A stretch of DNA of 63,783 bases, the filler included, from Octopus bimaculoides (lineage: Eukaryota): assembly GCF_001194135.2 (NCBI RefSeq). It is 11 parts of 10 records of this genome, joined end to end, with 100 filler letters (N's around TTAATTAATTAA, not from the genome) between each part and the next. Parts side by side here need not be neighbours in the genome. Positions count along the whole stretch, not along the records: positions 4,810 to 19,023 come from NW_026343840.1; positions 19,124 to 21,075 come from NC_069003.1; positions 21,176 to 33,948 come from NC_068987.1; 8 more parts are not named here. One strand, given 5' to 3'. This document shows, piece after piece, positions 12,440-24,070 of the stretch. A model generated the notes under the pieces. It was not told where the DNA came from, did not search any database, and saw nothing but the letters and a program-made list of their open reading frames with translations. Numbering within the stretch: the stretch's first letter is position 1; each line of letters starts with the position of its first letter. The position numbers were made by a program, and so were the translations under genes.

Positions 12440-12740
12440 CGTGGTTTCTGACAAACTACGATGCGCCTATATGTAAGTATATAGGTACAGAGACAGAGAG
12501 AGAGAGACGCTGAAATGGCCGACGACGTAAGTCCATTAACAGAATTTGGCGGGAAACAATTCTTCCTGGTCTGTTTGGAATTGTTATACGAAAGTCCATA
12601 GTGAAAATGACAGAGAGTCAGTGGCCTCCCTTTACGTGAAGCGCTCTGCCGGAAGTGATACGATGTGAGAAACCGGAAACGAAAGAGAGTCCGGAAGATA
12701 ATTTTAATAAGAGTTCCGTTGCCAAGGGAAACATCACAAA
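12440..12740. promoter_or_regulatory. Promoter-like island: three CCGGAA ETS-type sites, an RFX X-box, and a candidate ATG GCC GAC GAC|GTAAGT first exon (12515-12526, +)
   Basis: CCGGAAGT 12649, CCGGAAAC 12673, CCGGAAGA 12691, GTTGCCAAGGGAAAC 12718-12732; CpG retained relative to flanks. Confidence 0.45.
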
Positions 12741-13061
12741 TATTGCCTTTTAACAAATGAAGGTAGTGATTCACAAGGAATACGTTTGTTTTTGCTGTCT
12801 AGGAACAAAGTTACCTGCTAGGATGATTTGTGCTGCTTTGTGTTGTAAGAATAAAAATAAAGAAAAAGAGATGGTGGAGAGGAGAGACAGAGAGAAGGGG
12901 GGGTTTAGTAAAAGAGAGAGAGAGAGAGAGAGAGATCCAAGATTACATACTGTGAATGAGAGAGGTACAAGCAGAGAAAGAGAGAGAAAATGTAACAGAG
13001 GCAAAGACTAACACACTTTTAGCTGGATAGAACCGCTTTTAGATATAGGGAGAGAGACAAT

Positions 13062-13102
<41 letters not shown>

Positions 13103-13546
13103 ACGTTTAGATAGATAGATAAATAGATAGAATGAATATATATATATANNNNNNNNNNNNNNNNNNNNNNNNNNNNNNNNNNNNNNNNNNNNNNNNNNNN
13201 NNNNNNNNNNNNNNNNNNNNNNNNNNNNNNNNNNNNNNNNNNNNNNNNNNNNNNNNNNNNNNNNNNNNNNNNNNNNNNNNNNNNNNNNNNNNNNNNNNNN
13301 NNNNNNNNNNNNNNNNNNNNNNNNNNNNNNNNNNNNNNNNNNNNNNNNNNNNNNNNNNNNNNNNNNNNNNNNNNNNNNNNNNNNNNNNNNNNNNNNNNNN
13401 NNNNNNNNNNNNNNNNNNNNNNNNNNNNNNNNNNNNNNNNNNNNNNNNNNNNNNNNNNNNNNNNNNNNNNNNNNNNNNNNNNNNNNNNNNNNNNNNNNNN
13501 CACAATTTCTGTCAACCAAATTCATGCACAGATCGTTGGTCAGTCC

Positions 13547-13672
13547 GGTTGGTCAGTCCGGTTGGTCAGTCCGAGGCTAATATAGAAGCTTGCCCACGTG
13601 ACATGCTGGGAAACCGAATCTGAAACCATCTTACTGCAAAACGAGCTTCTTCACCACACAGCCATGCCCGCG
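13547..13672 (-). mobile_element. SINE family A head, old and diverged
   Basis: Reverse complement matches GGCTGTGTGGTAAGAAGCT..GGGCAAG..TAGCCTCGG..GACC; includes a triplicated GGTCAGTCCG. Confidence 0.75.
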
Positions 13673-13725
13673 ACTTCAGTATATGATACAGAGACGCAAA
13701 TTCGGTGCTTTATTTCCAGGCATGG

Positions 13726-13778
13726 AACAAAGACAGACATCCGTTTTGGTCTTTTTATCTGACCTCGTCAGTTTTGTT
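13726..13778 (-). ncRNA. Decayed type-I hammerhead-like motif
   Basis: Minus strand AACAAAA-CTGACGA-GGTC(9 nt)GACC-AAA-ACGGATGTCTGT-C-TTTGTT. Canonical core 5' half and G-C closed stem II, wobble-palindromic stem III, GUC triplet; G12A and a 1-nt bulge in stem I. Confidence 0.5.
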
Positions 13779-14032
13779 ACTATTTTAAAGTTGCTTGTTC
13801 GTTCTACAACAGCAAGTTCCTTTCGAAATCATGAAGAATAAGGGGATTTTGATTATTCCTTTTGTCTTCTCTGTGGACTGGCTTATATGTGCGCCTGATT
13901 GGCTGAGCAGATACATGGCTTATGAAGCGTAACCGGTGATTAATTTAGATAAAGTAATATAAACATAGATACACCTGCACAGCCATATACGAACATTTAT
14001 GCAACACGACTATGTAAGGGAATATATGTATT

Positions 14033-14034
<2 letters not shown>

Positions 14035-14078
<44 letters not shown>

Positions 14079-14135
14079 CAGAGAGAGAGATAAATAGATA
14101 GATAGATACATAGAGAGAGAGAGAGAGAGAGATAA

Positions 14136-14169
<34 letters not shown>

Positions 14170-14329
14170 TAAATAGATACGATAGATAGATAGATAAATA
14201 AATAGATAGATAGATGGATAAATAGATAGATGGATAAATAGATAGATAGATGGATAAATAAATAGATAGATAGATGGATAGATGGATAAATAGATAGATA
14301 GATAAATAGATAGATAGATAGATGGATAA

Positions 14330-14389
<60 letters not shown>

Positions 14390-14390
14390 G
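14035..14390. repeat. (GATA)n compound microsatellite
   Basis: Direct inspection; GGAT and AAAT variant units. Confidence 0.97.
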
Positions 14391-14649
14391 TACAAAGTGC
14401 ACTACTGCATACAATATTAAGTATATATACATATATACATACATACATACATACATACATACATACATACATACATGCATACATAGATTCATGCATACAT
14501 ACACGCATGGATGCATATATATACACATTCATACAAACGTATATATATATATATATGTCGATATGTGTCGCATGTACACGTGTGTATGTAGGTGAAGGGT
14601 GTATTTATGTATGTGTGTGTCATCTTTTAAATATTTAAATATATATGTG

Positions 14650-14705
<56 letters not shown>

Positions 14706-14847
14706 NNNNNNNNNNNNNNNNNNNNNNNNNNNNNNNNNNNNNNNNNNNNNNNNNNNNNNNNNNNNNNNNNNNNNNNNNNNNNNNNNNNNNNNNNNNNNNN
14801 NNNNNNNNNNNNNNNNNNNNNNNNNNNNNNNNNNNNNNNNNNNNNNN

Positions 14848-14884
<37 letters not shown>

Positions 14885-14966
14885 CACACATACACACATA
14901 TATGTATCCCTACTTATATTCATAAATTGATGCAATGCTAATGTATTAACAACGTTTGTTAATTAC

Positions 14967-15002
14967 CGTTTCATCCGCCATCTTAAGTGACGTAGCCGCC
15001 AT
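14967..15002 (-). CDS. Candidate first coding exon MAATSLKMADET
   Basis: AAAATGGCGGC start, in-frame AAGATGGCGG, donor ACG|GTAATT; YY1-like motifs and a 16-bp palindrome about 90 bp upstream. No homology support. Confidence 0.35.
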
Positions 15003-15397
15003 TTTCCTTGAGCTGTCGTAGACGCCATTAGAACTTTAATTACCAGATTTTCCTTTCAACTAATCCATTGTCATAATAACACCTCCATTGTCTGCGAGTA
15101 CTCGCAGGAATTGTTAACGAGTCGAGTGAGTATCTTTGCCAAGATTTAGGATGTAGAATACGATAGGGGCATGGCGTGGATGCGTGAATTTATGTCGGTG
15201 CGTTTGCTGTCAGTGTGTGTGTGTGTGTTATTGTTTCTGAGCGCTTTGTATGTGTGTGTCTGTCTTGTGTGCGTGTTTTGATGTGTTTCTGAGTGAGTGT
15301 TTTGTATATGTGTGAACGTGTGTGTGTTAATGTGTGCAGTTGTTCTGTGTGTGTGCATGTATTAATGGGCTTCCCTGTGTGTGTATGTGTTAATGTG

Positions 15398-15467
<70 letters not shown>

Positions 15468-15784
15468 TTAATATGTTCCTCTGTGTGCGTTTTGCATGTG
15501 TGTATGTGTGTTATGAGGTTTCTCTGTGTGCGTTGTCTATATGTGTGTGTGTATGTTAATGTGTTTCTGTATGTGCGTTTTTTTTTGTGTGTGTGTGTGT
15601 GTGTATGTGTTAATGTGTTTCTTTGTGTGCGTTTTGTATGTGTGTGTGTGTGAGTTAAGACGTTTCTGTGTACGTTTTGCATGCGTGTGAACGTGTGCGT
15701 ATGTTTGTACGTGTGTCTGTGAGTTAATGTTTCCGTCTGCGCGATTTGATCGTGTATGTGTGTGTGTCCCAGTGTGTGTGTGTG

Positions 15785-15985
15785 TGTCCCCCATGACCGC
15801 TTGACAACCGGTGGTGTGTTTATGTTCCCGTTACTTAGCGGTCCGGCAAAAGACACAAGTAGAATAAGAGCTAGGCTTCAAGAAATAGCAAGTCTTAAAT
15901 TCGATTTGTTCCACTAAAACCCTTCACGGCTATGCCCCAGCATGGCCGCAGTCAAATAACTGAAACAACTGAGGGATAAGAGATA
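15785..15985 (+). mobile_element. SINE family A, 3' half (old subfamily)
   Basis: CGCTTGACAACCG..ACTTAGCGG..CCAGCATGGCCGCAGTCAAAT.ACTGAAAC. Confidence 0.85.
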
Positions 15986-16999
15986 AACCGAAACGGAGGT
16001 GAATGGTTTCAGCCAGTCCACGAGTTATATGCGTAGACTGTAATGCCGGGACAATGCTTACATGTATGTATGTATGTATGTATGTTTGTGTGTCTGTGTT
16101 TGTCCCATCACCATCGCTTTGACGAATATATGTGTATAATTCAAAATTCGATATATATATATATATGTTATATATACATAATATACATGTATGTATGTAC
16201 ATATATNNNNNNNNNNNNNNNNNNNNNNNNNNNNNNNNNNNNNNNNNNNNNNNNNNNNNNNNNNNNNNNNNNNNNNNNNNNNNNNNNNNNNNNNNNNNNN
16301 NNNNNNNNNNNNNNNNNNNNNNNNNNNNNNNNNNNNNNNNNNNNNNNNNNNNNNNNNNNNNNNNNNNNNNNNNNNNNNNNNNNNNNNNNNNNNNNNNNNN
16401 NNNNNNNNNNNNNNNNNNNNNNNNNNNNNNNNNNNNNNNNNNNNNNNNNNNNNNNNNNNNNNNNNNNNNNNNNNNNNNNNNNNNNNNNNNNNNNNNNNNN
16501 NNNNNNNNNNNNNNNNNNNNNNNNNNNNNNNNNNNNNNNNNNNNNNNNNNNNNNNNNNNNNNNNNNNNNNNNNNNNNNNNNNNNNNNNNNNNNNNNNNNN
16601 NNNNNNNNNNNNNNNNNNNNNNNNNNNNNNNNNNNNNNNNNNNNNNNNNNNNNNNNNNNNNNNNNNNNNNNNNNNNNNNNNNNNNNNNNNNNNNNNNNNN
16701 NNNNNNNNNNNNNNNNNNNNNNNNNNNNNNNNNNNNNNNNNNNNNNNNNNNNNNNNNNNNNNNNNNNNNNNNNNNNNNNNNNNNNNNNNNNNNNNNNNNN
16801 NNNNNNNNNNNNNNNNNNNNNNNNNNNNNNNNNNNNNNNNNNNNNNNNNNNNNNNNNNNNNNNNNNNNNNNNNNNNNNNNNNNNNNNNNNNNNNNNNNNN
16901 NNNNNNNNNNNNNNNNNNNNNNNNNNNNNNNNNNNNNNNNNNNNNNNNNNNNNNNNNNNNNNNNNNNNNNNNNNNNNNNNNNNNNNNNNNNNNNNNNNN

Positions 17000-17051
<52 letters not shown>

Positions 17052-18987
17052 TCCTTGAGTGTGCGTGTATGTACCATGGTTGTATAGATAGAGAGTTCGG
17101 TAAATATATACATAGATACATACGGACATAGATAGAGAGACACCGTATGAATACATGCATGCATGTGTGTATGTATGTATGTATATATGTATGTATATAG
17201 ATGTATATAAGTATATACATCCGTGCGTATAATTTCATATGCATTAGGTGACGAAGTAGAACCTATCTAGTACAAAATTTAATATAATATATGTGAATAT
17301 AGAAGTTACCATATATATTAAGAAAACACTATAGAACACACACATACACACATACACACATGTATGTACACGTATATGCGCATATAGTATGCATGTATAT
17401 ACACATATATGTATATATATAAATATATGTGTATGCGTGTGTGTGTGTATGTATATTATATATATATAAATACAGTTCTCACCTGTATGCATAAATATTT
17501 ATATATACCTATTCATGTATATGCATATATTCTAAAAGTATAATTTATATATATATATATATATAGATATATATATATATATATATATATNNNNNNNNNN
17601 NNNNNNNNNNNNNNNNNNNNNNNNNNNNNNNNNNNNNNNNNNNNNNNNNNNNNNNNNNNNNNNNNNNNNNNNNNNNNNNNNNNNNNNNNNNNNNNNNNNN
17701 NNNNNNNNNNNNNNNNNNNNNNNNNNNNNNNNNNNNNNNNNNNNNNNNNNNNNNNNNNNNNNNNNNNNNNNNNNNNNNNNNNNNNNNNNNNNNNNNNNNN
17801 NNNNNNNNNNNNNNNNNNNNNNNNNNNNNNNNNNNNNNNNNNNNNNNNNNNNNNNNNNNNNNNNNNNNNNNNNNNNNNNNNNNNNNNNNNNNNNNNNNNN
17901 NNNNNNNNNNNNNNNNNNNNNNNNNNNNNNNNNNNNNNNNNNNNNNNNNNNNNNNNNNNNNNNNNNNNNNNNNNNNNNNNNNNNNNNNNNNNNNNNNNNN
18001 NNNNNNNNNNNNNNNNNNNNNNNNNNNNNNNNNNNNNNNNNNNNNNNNNNNNNNNNNNNNNNNNNNNNNNNNNNNNNNNNNNNNNNNNNNNNNNNNNNNN
18101 NNNNNNNNNNNNNNNNNNNNNNNNNNNNNNNNNNNNNNNNNNNNNNNNNNNNNNNNNNNNNNNNNNNNNNNNNNNNNNNNNNNNNNNNNNNNNNNNNNNN
18201 NNNNNNNNNNNNNNNNNNNNNNNNNNNNNNNNNNNNNNNNNNNNNNNNNNNNNNNNNNNNNNNNNNNNNNNNNNNNNNNNNNNNNNNNNNNNNNNNNNNN
18301 NNNNNNNNNNNNNNNNNNNNNNNNNNNNNNNNNNNNNNNNNNNNNNNNNNNNNNNNNNNNNNNNNNNNNNNNNNNNNNNNNNNNNNNNNNNNNNNNNNNN
18401 NNNNNNNNNNNNNNNNNNNNNNNNNNNNNNNNNNNNNNNATACATATATATATAATATACATATATATATAATATACATATATATATAATATACATATAT
18501 ATATAATATACATATATATATGTATAAGTATATATGTATAAATATATATATATACATATATACATATGCATACGTATGCATGTAAATACCGTATTGAGTA
18601 CGTGTTCGTGACGCCTACACAATTTACAGGTATACAGTAAAAAAAAATTGGAAACAGATGTGAAATATTTTCTCCATTACGAGCAAGAACAATAGTAAGA
18701 AGGACAGAGAGACCTCTAACAGCAACATAGAGAAAGGCTGAGCAACAACAACAATAAGCGCAACAATAAAAAGGTCAATAGTTATGCCAACAGCAACAGC
18801 AACAACAAGACCGACGACAAGGGCAGCAACAAAGGCGAATGGACGTGGAAGCCATAACATTTCTTGTTACAAAACTGGAAACAAAAGTACGTGTAGTTTG
18901 CAAAACAACAAAACTACAAGTATTAACACTATAGATGAGCTAGATCAAAACGGAAGATGCATAAGTGTATGACATATATGCATACAT

Positions 18988-19023
<36 letters not shown>

Positions 19024-19123
19024 NNNNNNNNNNNNNNNNNNNNNNNNNNNNNNNNNNNNNNNNNNNNTTAATTAATTAANNNNNNNNNNNNNNNNNNNNN
19101 NNNNNNNNNNNNNNNNNNNNNNN

Positions 19124-19621
19124 ATATATATATATATATATATCAAGATGAGAATGTGTGTGTGTGTCTCTGTCTGCCTGTCTGTCTGTCTGTCTGTCTG
19201 AATCCCTAAAACTCGACAACTACCCAACTGATTTCATTCAAATTTTACACATGCCTTACTTATGGTCCGTGCAACGTCATGAGCCAAACTTCTTGCCTAA
19301 TGCGAGACCGCAGTAATCTCTTATCTCTTACACTTTACACTATTTCAGTATTACATGTCAAATGTGAAACAATAATATCTCTCTATTGCAATTTGAGATA
19401 CTTTCAGTTTAATACTTTCACTATTATAGTGAAACTATTACCTCATATATACATGCGTACATACATATTAGTCAGAAACACTCTACCACTCCTACTAATA
19501 ACCACTTCACCAACGACACCCTGCCATTCAACAGCTTGCAGTGCACCGATGCAAATGCTTCTCTGTTGGCGGAGGAACCAAGGGATAGCACACTCACTGC
19601 ATTCTTCAAGCTTTGTCAAGT
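19124..19621 (+). mobile_element. Non-autonomous Helitron carrying a RepHel coding remnant
   Basis: 5' region matches the 20687 copy (AAGATGAGAATGTG, (GTCT)n, ATTTCATTCAAATTTTACAC); the end encodes LAEEPRDSTLTAFFKLCQ, resembling the Helitron TLTAFFxLC motif. Confidence 0.75.
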
Positions 19622-19860
19622 NNNNNNNNNNTAAAGAAATAAAACTGCTTAGGCTAGATATATAAAATATACAACTGTACATATATACATGTAAATAGAG
19701 AGACAGACAAAGACTGTAGATACTCAGATGATGAACATTCATGTATAAATGTATAGATATTTATGTTTTACACAGATTTACAGAGAGTACAAAGACACAG
19801 AAAACTAAGGGGAGAAGTGTTTTCTATATTGATATCTTTGGATCTCATCTGTTGACTCTA

Positions 19861-20270
19861 CAGGTGTGGCTCTGTGGTAAGAAGTTTGCTTCCCAACCAC
19901 ATGGTTCTGAGTTCAGTCCCACTGCGTGGCATCTTGGGAAAGTGTCTTCTACTGTAGCTTCGGGTCAACCAAAGCCTTGTGAGTGGATTTGGTAGAGAGA
20001 AACTGAAAGAAACCTGTCGTATGTGCGTGTGTATATATATTTATGAGTGTGTGTCTTTGTGCCTCTGTTTGTCCCCCCCCCCTCTCCAGTGCCTGACAAA
20101 CAATGCTGGTGTGTTAACATCCTCAAAACTTAGCAGATTGGGAAAAGGGACTGATAGAATAAGTTCCAGGCTTACAAAGAATAAGTGCTGGAGTTGATTA
20201 TTTCAACTGAAAGGTGGTGCTCCAGCATGACTACAGTCAAATGAATAAAACTAGTAAAAGAATAAAAGAA
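19861..20270 (+). mobile_element. SINE family A, full-length
   Basis: tRNA-like head, CORE-like TTGGG.AAGTG segment, internal (TA/TG)n, CCAGCATG..CAGTCAAAT tail. Confidence 0.92.
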
Positions 20271-20686
20271 TATGCATATGCTTAAAGCAATACAAATATT
20301 ATTGTTTTATACACATGCAATTAATGTTTGCTTTATATGCATATAAACTTTTCTACATTTTGGTATTGAGCGCTGTATATTTTTTGGTATATGTAATCAA
20401 ACCTTATATATAAAGTTGTGGGTTATAAGATTTCAAGTGATATACTAAAGTTCATACACTGAGTACTCAGACAGAATTTGCACCTAAGCTCCAGCTTTAC
20501 ATGAAGGTGCGTGATGTCTGCCTAAATGAAGATTGATTGTGGGCAACATATCTATCGAGTTGGTATATGTATAAGAGAACAAAAGCATAAACAGGCAATC
20601 AACAGGTATCAAGTCAGCTTATAACATATTTATACTTATATAACATACTGAAGGGAAATGCCAATATACGTAAAGGGATATATATA

Positions 20687-21075
20687 TCTATATATATAAA
20701 GATGAGAATGTGTGTCTCTTTGTCTGTGTGTCTCTTTGTCTGTGTGTCTCTTTGTCTGTGTGTCTCTCTGTCTGTGTGTCTCTCTGTCTATGTGTCTCTC
20801 TGTCTGTGTGTCTCTCTGTCTGTGTGTCTCTCTGTCTGTGTGTCTCTCTGTCTGTGTGAATCCCTAAAACTAGAGAACTACACAACCAATTCCATTCAAA
20901 TTTTACACATGCCTTACATAGTGTCCATGTGGTGTTTTAGGCCAAAAACATTTTTAACTTCTTGCCTAGTGCGAGCCCAGTGCAATATCACATCTCCACC
21001 ACTATTGCAGTATTACGTGTCAAAAGTGAAACAATAACATTTCTCTCTTGTCATGTTAGATATTTTCGCTTTAAT
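20687..21075 (+). mobile_element. Non-autonomous Helitron 5' part with an internal 16-bp TGTCTGTGTGTCTCTC array
   Basis: A|TC 5' terminus (TCTATATATATAAAGATGAG); homologous to 19140-19410. Confidence 0.75.
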
Positions 21076-21175
21076 NNNNNNNNNNNNNNNNNNNNNNNNN
21101 NNNNNNNNNNNNNNNNNNNTTAATTAATTAANNNNNNNNNNNNNNNNNNNNNNNNNNNNNNNNNNNNNNNNNNNN

Positions 21176-21238
<63 letters not shown>

Positions 21239-21499
21239 ATATATATATGTATATATTAATATTATCTTGGTTGAAAAACTTCGATAATGCAAATATGTTA
21301 ATAGTTACCAGGGTATCAAAAATCTCACAGAAACTGGGATATTATACCTGGTTAAGGGGTAGAAATTCCATATTAAAGTTAGTTAGTTAGTTAGATAGAT
21401 AGAGAAAGTAACAACGAGTGAATGAGAATAACGACGGAAGGGTTAAAAAGAGCGTAAAAATTATTGAAAGTGGGTAGAAATAAAAACTACGTAGTATAG

Positions 21500-21830
21500 T
21501 AATACTACGCTAAGGTATCTGTAGAATGTTGAATGTGATTTCGGAATATAACGAGGAAAAATTCAGATCTTGGGAATTTTCCGAAAGTCCTCTCCCCACC
21601 TCAAGATTTTCCCCACAAATTATTTTATAATCGTAATGTATGCCGTTTGAAAAGTATTTAAACAAAATTTCAACCCCCCCCCAAAAAAAAAACACATTTT
21701 CCTAACAGTTACAAAGGAAAAACTCGGGTCTTGTGAATTTTCCGAAGTCCTCTCCTCACCCCTTTGGAAAAGATTTTACTCACAAACTTCTTTATAATCG
21801 TAATGTATGCTAACCAAATTAAATATCACA
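21500..21830. mobile_element. Two 161-bp subrepeats of the foldback-like family at 25855-26790
   Basis: GAATTTTCCGA..GTCCTCTCC..TTATAATCGTAATGTATGC at 21574 and 21735; reverse complement resembles the 25990-26150 units. Confidence 0.65.
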
Positions 21831-21895
21831 AGGGGGCATCAGGATTTTAGAAACGATTCAGTGGGGCATGGCAAAAAATCGGTTGGGAATCACTG
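21830..21895. mobile_element. hAT-like terminal remnant
   Basis: Ends GGTTGGGAATCACTG; reverse complement CAGTGATTCCCAACC resembles hAT/Charlie TIRs. Confidence 0.5.
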
Positions 21896-22159
21896 CAGTA
21901 AAGGATGTCTCCGTGGTTACTTAACCTGCTAAAAGTTGAAAATAAATCTCCTTGAAATTAAAATGTGAATTATAGTAATGAGGGATATTATTTTATACAA
22001 AACCACATTAAAATCCAAATCCCAAACCGAACAAAACACAAACATGAACGAAGAAAGAAAAAGGAAAGGAAAAAGAAGTGGAAGAAAGAAAAAGAAAGAA
22101 AATAAACAACAATTTGATATCAAGTATCTCAAATGGTCGCACACCACAAGGTTTAACGG

Positions 22160-22850
22160 AGCCTACTGAAGCAAGGCAGCACACTCGTTATATTACCACG
22201 GGCGATGGCAAGGCTAAGGCTAAGGCGTTAGAACAGCCATGCACCCTCACGTTCTTCACCTGAGCCGTCAACAATGACAAAAACTTCACTGTTCGTGATT
22301 CAGCCCCTCCAAACATCTCAAACGCCACAGGCTGGAAAATGTGGTTCACTGCCAAGTCCCAATACTTAAGAAAATTATTCCGTTCGGCTACAGAAGCAGT
22401 GACCCTTCCATTTATCGCGGCGTCCAGAATGTGAGGAGCAAAGGAATAACAGACTGTGACATCCCAGATGAAGCACCTACCTCTTCTCTTGCCCAGGGAT
22501 AAAAGGTAAGACCATCTGGTCTCTTACAATCACTTTTGGATAATCCCGCTGGCTCTAGAACTGAGGGGATATTAACCCGAGCCAGAGCTCGCTTAGTGAT
22601 TAAATTTAGTTCACTGCAACAAGAGAAACGACTAGAATTTAGGCGGCAGGACAAACATTGAAGTCCTGTGGAGTCGAGGGGTATACGACAGCGACATCTC
22701 AGTCCTCCACAAACATCGGCTCCCACTTAGAGAGCAGTGAAGATGTGGAATTTATCTAGACAGTACACCACCAATGTTGGCCATAGGCAGGACATCAGTC
22801 CACTCCCCTGAGAATTTAACTCTGGACGTAGTATGCATGAAACAAAATTA
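22160..22850 (-). mobile_element. CRE-clade non-LTR retrotransposon fragment (zinc knuckle plus REL endonuclease)
   Basis: CRCxxxLDSTGLxCLSC, IPSVLEPAGLSKSDCKRPDGLTFYPW, frameshifted WDVTV and FQPVAFETFGG. Confidence 0.8.
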
Positions 22851-22984
22851 GAATAGTCACGAATGGAACACCATTCGTACGATAATATATGATGATAGGA
22901 TTTTTTATTGTCGATGAAATGGAAATTAATCGCTTGTCTCATATTTCTCCCTTAGTCGAAATGTTCTCAGTATGAGACAAGATG

Positions 22985-23200
22985 AAAGCGGCTACCTGGC
23001 AAAATCGTTAGCATGGCAGGTAAAATGCTTAGCATTTCGTCCGTCTTTAAGTTCTGAGTTCAAATTTCGCCGACGTCGACTTTGCCCTTCATCCTCTAAA
23101 GATCTATAAAATAACTGCCCGTCAAGCAATAGGGTGGACGTAATCGACTAGCTCCTTCCCCAAAAATTTCAGGCCTTGTGCCTATTGTAGAAAGGAATAT
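22985..23200 (+). mobile_element. SINE family B head and body with an alternative 3' tail
   Basis: GTTAGCA..GAGTTCAAAT..GTCGACTTTGCC.TTCATCC shared with the 53581 copy, but ends CAGGCCTTGTGCCTATTGTAGAAAGG. Confidence 0.85.
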
Positions 23201-23609
23201 GAAACAAGATGAACAGCATATATCTAATTAGGGATATTTTAAGGCAAGGTACTTTTTAACTACTTTCGCATACATCTGTTTAAACAGAACAAAACATTTA
23301 AACTTTGGTATTAACTACTGTTGTACAATTTCCTTTATCTCATTTAGGTGACATGAAATGATGAAGAGAATGAATATATATATATGTGAAATATGTTTAA
23401 TAACGAAAACTTTTCTTTACATAGTGTCAAAAACAATACAAAAACTTTCCAAGAATAAAGACTGACAGATTTGAAAATGTAATTTGGCAACAGATAAAAA
23501 ATGATTTATTTAAATAAAAAATGATTATTTAAATAAAAAATGATTTATTTAAATAAATCATTTAAAAAATGATGTATTTATTTATATATTCAAAAACACA
23601 AAAGTCCAC

Positions 23610-24070
23610 TATTTCTGATATAGGCAAGTACTCGCTAGTGTATGGCGCAGTAACATCCGGAAATGAAAAAAATATTGTTTTGTAGAAAGAAAAAAAATAT
23701 TATACTTTATCTAAAATTAAAAAAAAAATAAGTAATAAAAATCTTAATTCAAGTATTCATAATTCTAAAGCATTTTATTTGTTATATTTTTGATGCCAGT
23801 AAATTACAATCCCGGATTTGGGTTGTATTATGGGCTACAATTTCGCCATGATGTAAAGGAATAATAATCCATTCGACGTAATAACAACGGTTATGGGATT
23901 GAGATTAACATGAGAACCAGAGAAGGAGACGAGGAAAAAATGGTGAAAATGTGATATTAGCTTTTCATAATTTGTTAATATTATTGCCGAATTTGAAGTT
24001 ATGTCACGGAAACGTGTCTATGTGTTAGTCGGAACACCGAATTGTAAACATGGCTGTGATCCAAGTAATT
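23610..24070 (+). promoter_or_regulatory. Promoter-like island with a candidate first exon ATGGCTGTGATCCAA|GTAATT (24050-24064)
   Basis: GCAAGTACTCGC near-palindrome, CCGGAAAT, ACTACAATTCCC-like motifs (ATTACAATCCC, GCTACAATTTCG), AAACATGG start context. Confidence 0.3.

Noticed and set aside
18838-18885. Possible first exon MDVEAITFLVTKLETK with donor GTACGT
   Set aside because: No homology or promoter support; such short ATG-to-GT hits are expected by chance.
23495-23585. AT-rich tandem units with palindrome AATGATTTATTTAAATAAATCATT
   Set aside because: Consistent with local slippage and inversion in very AT-rich DNA.
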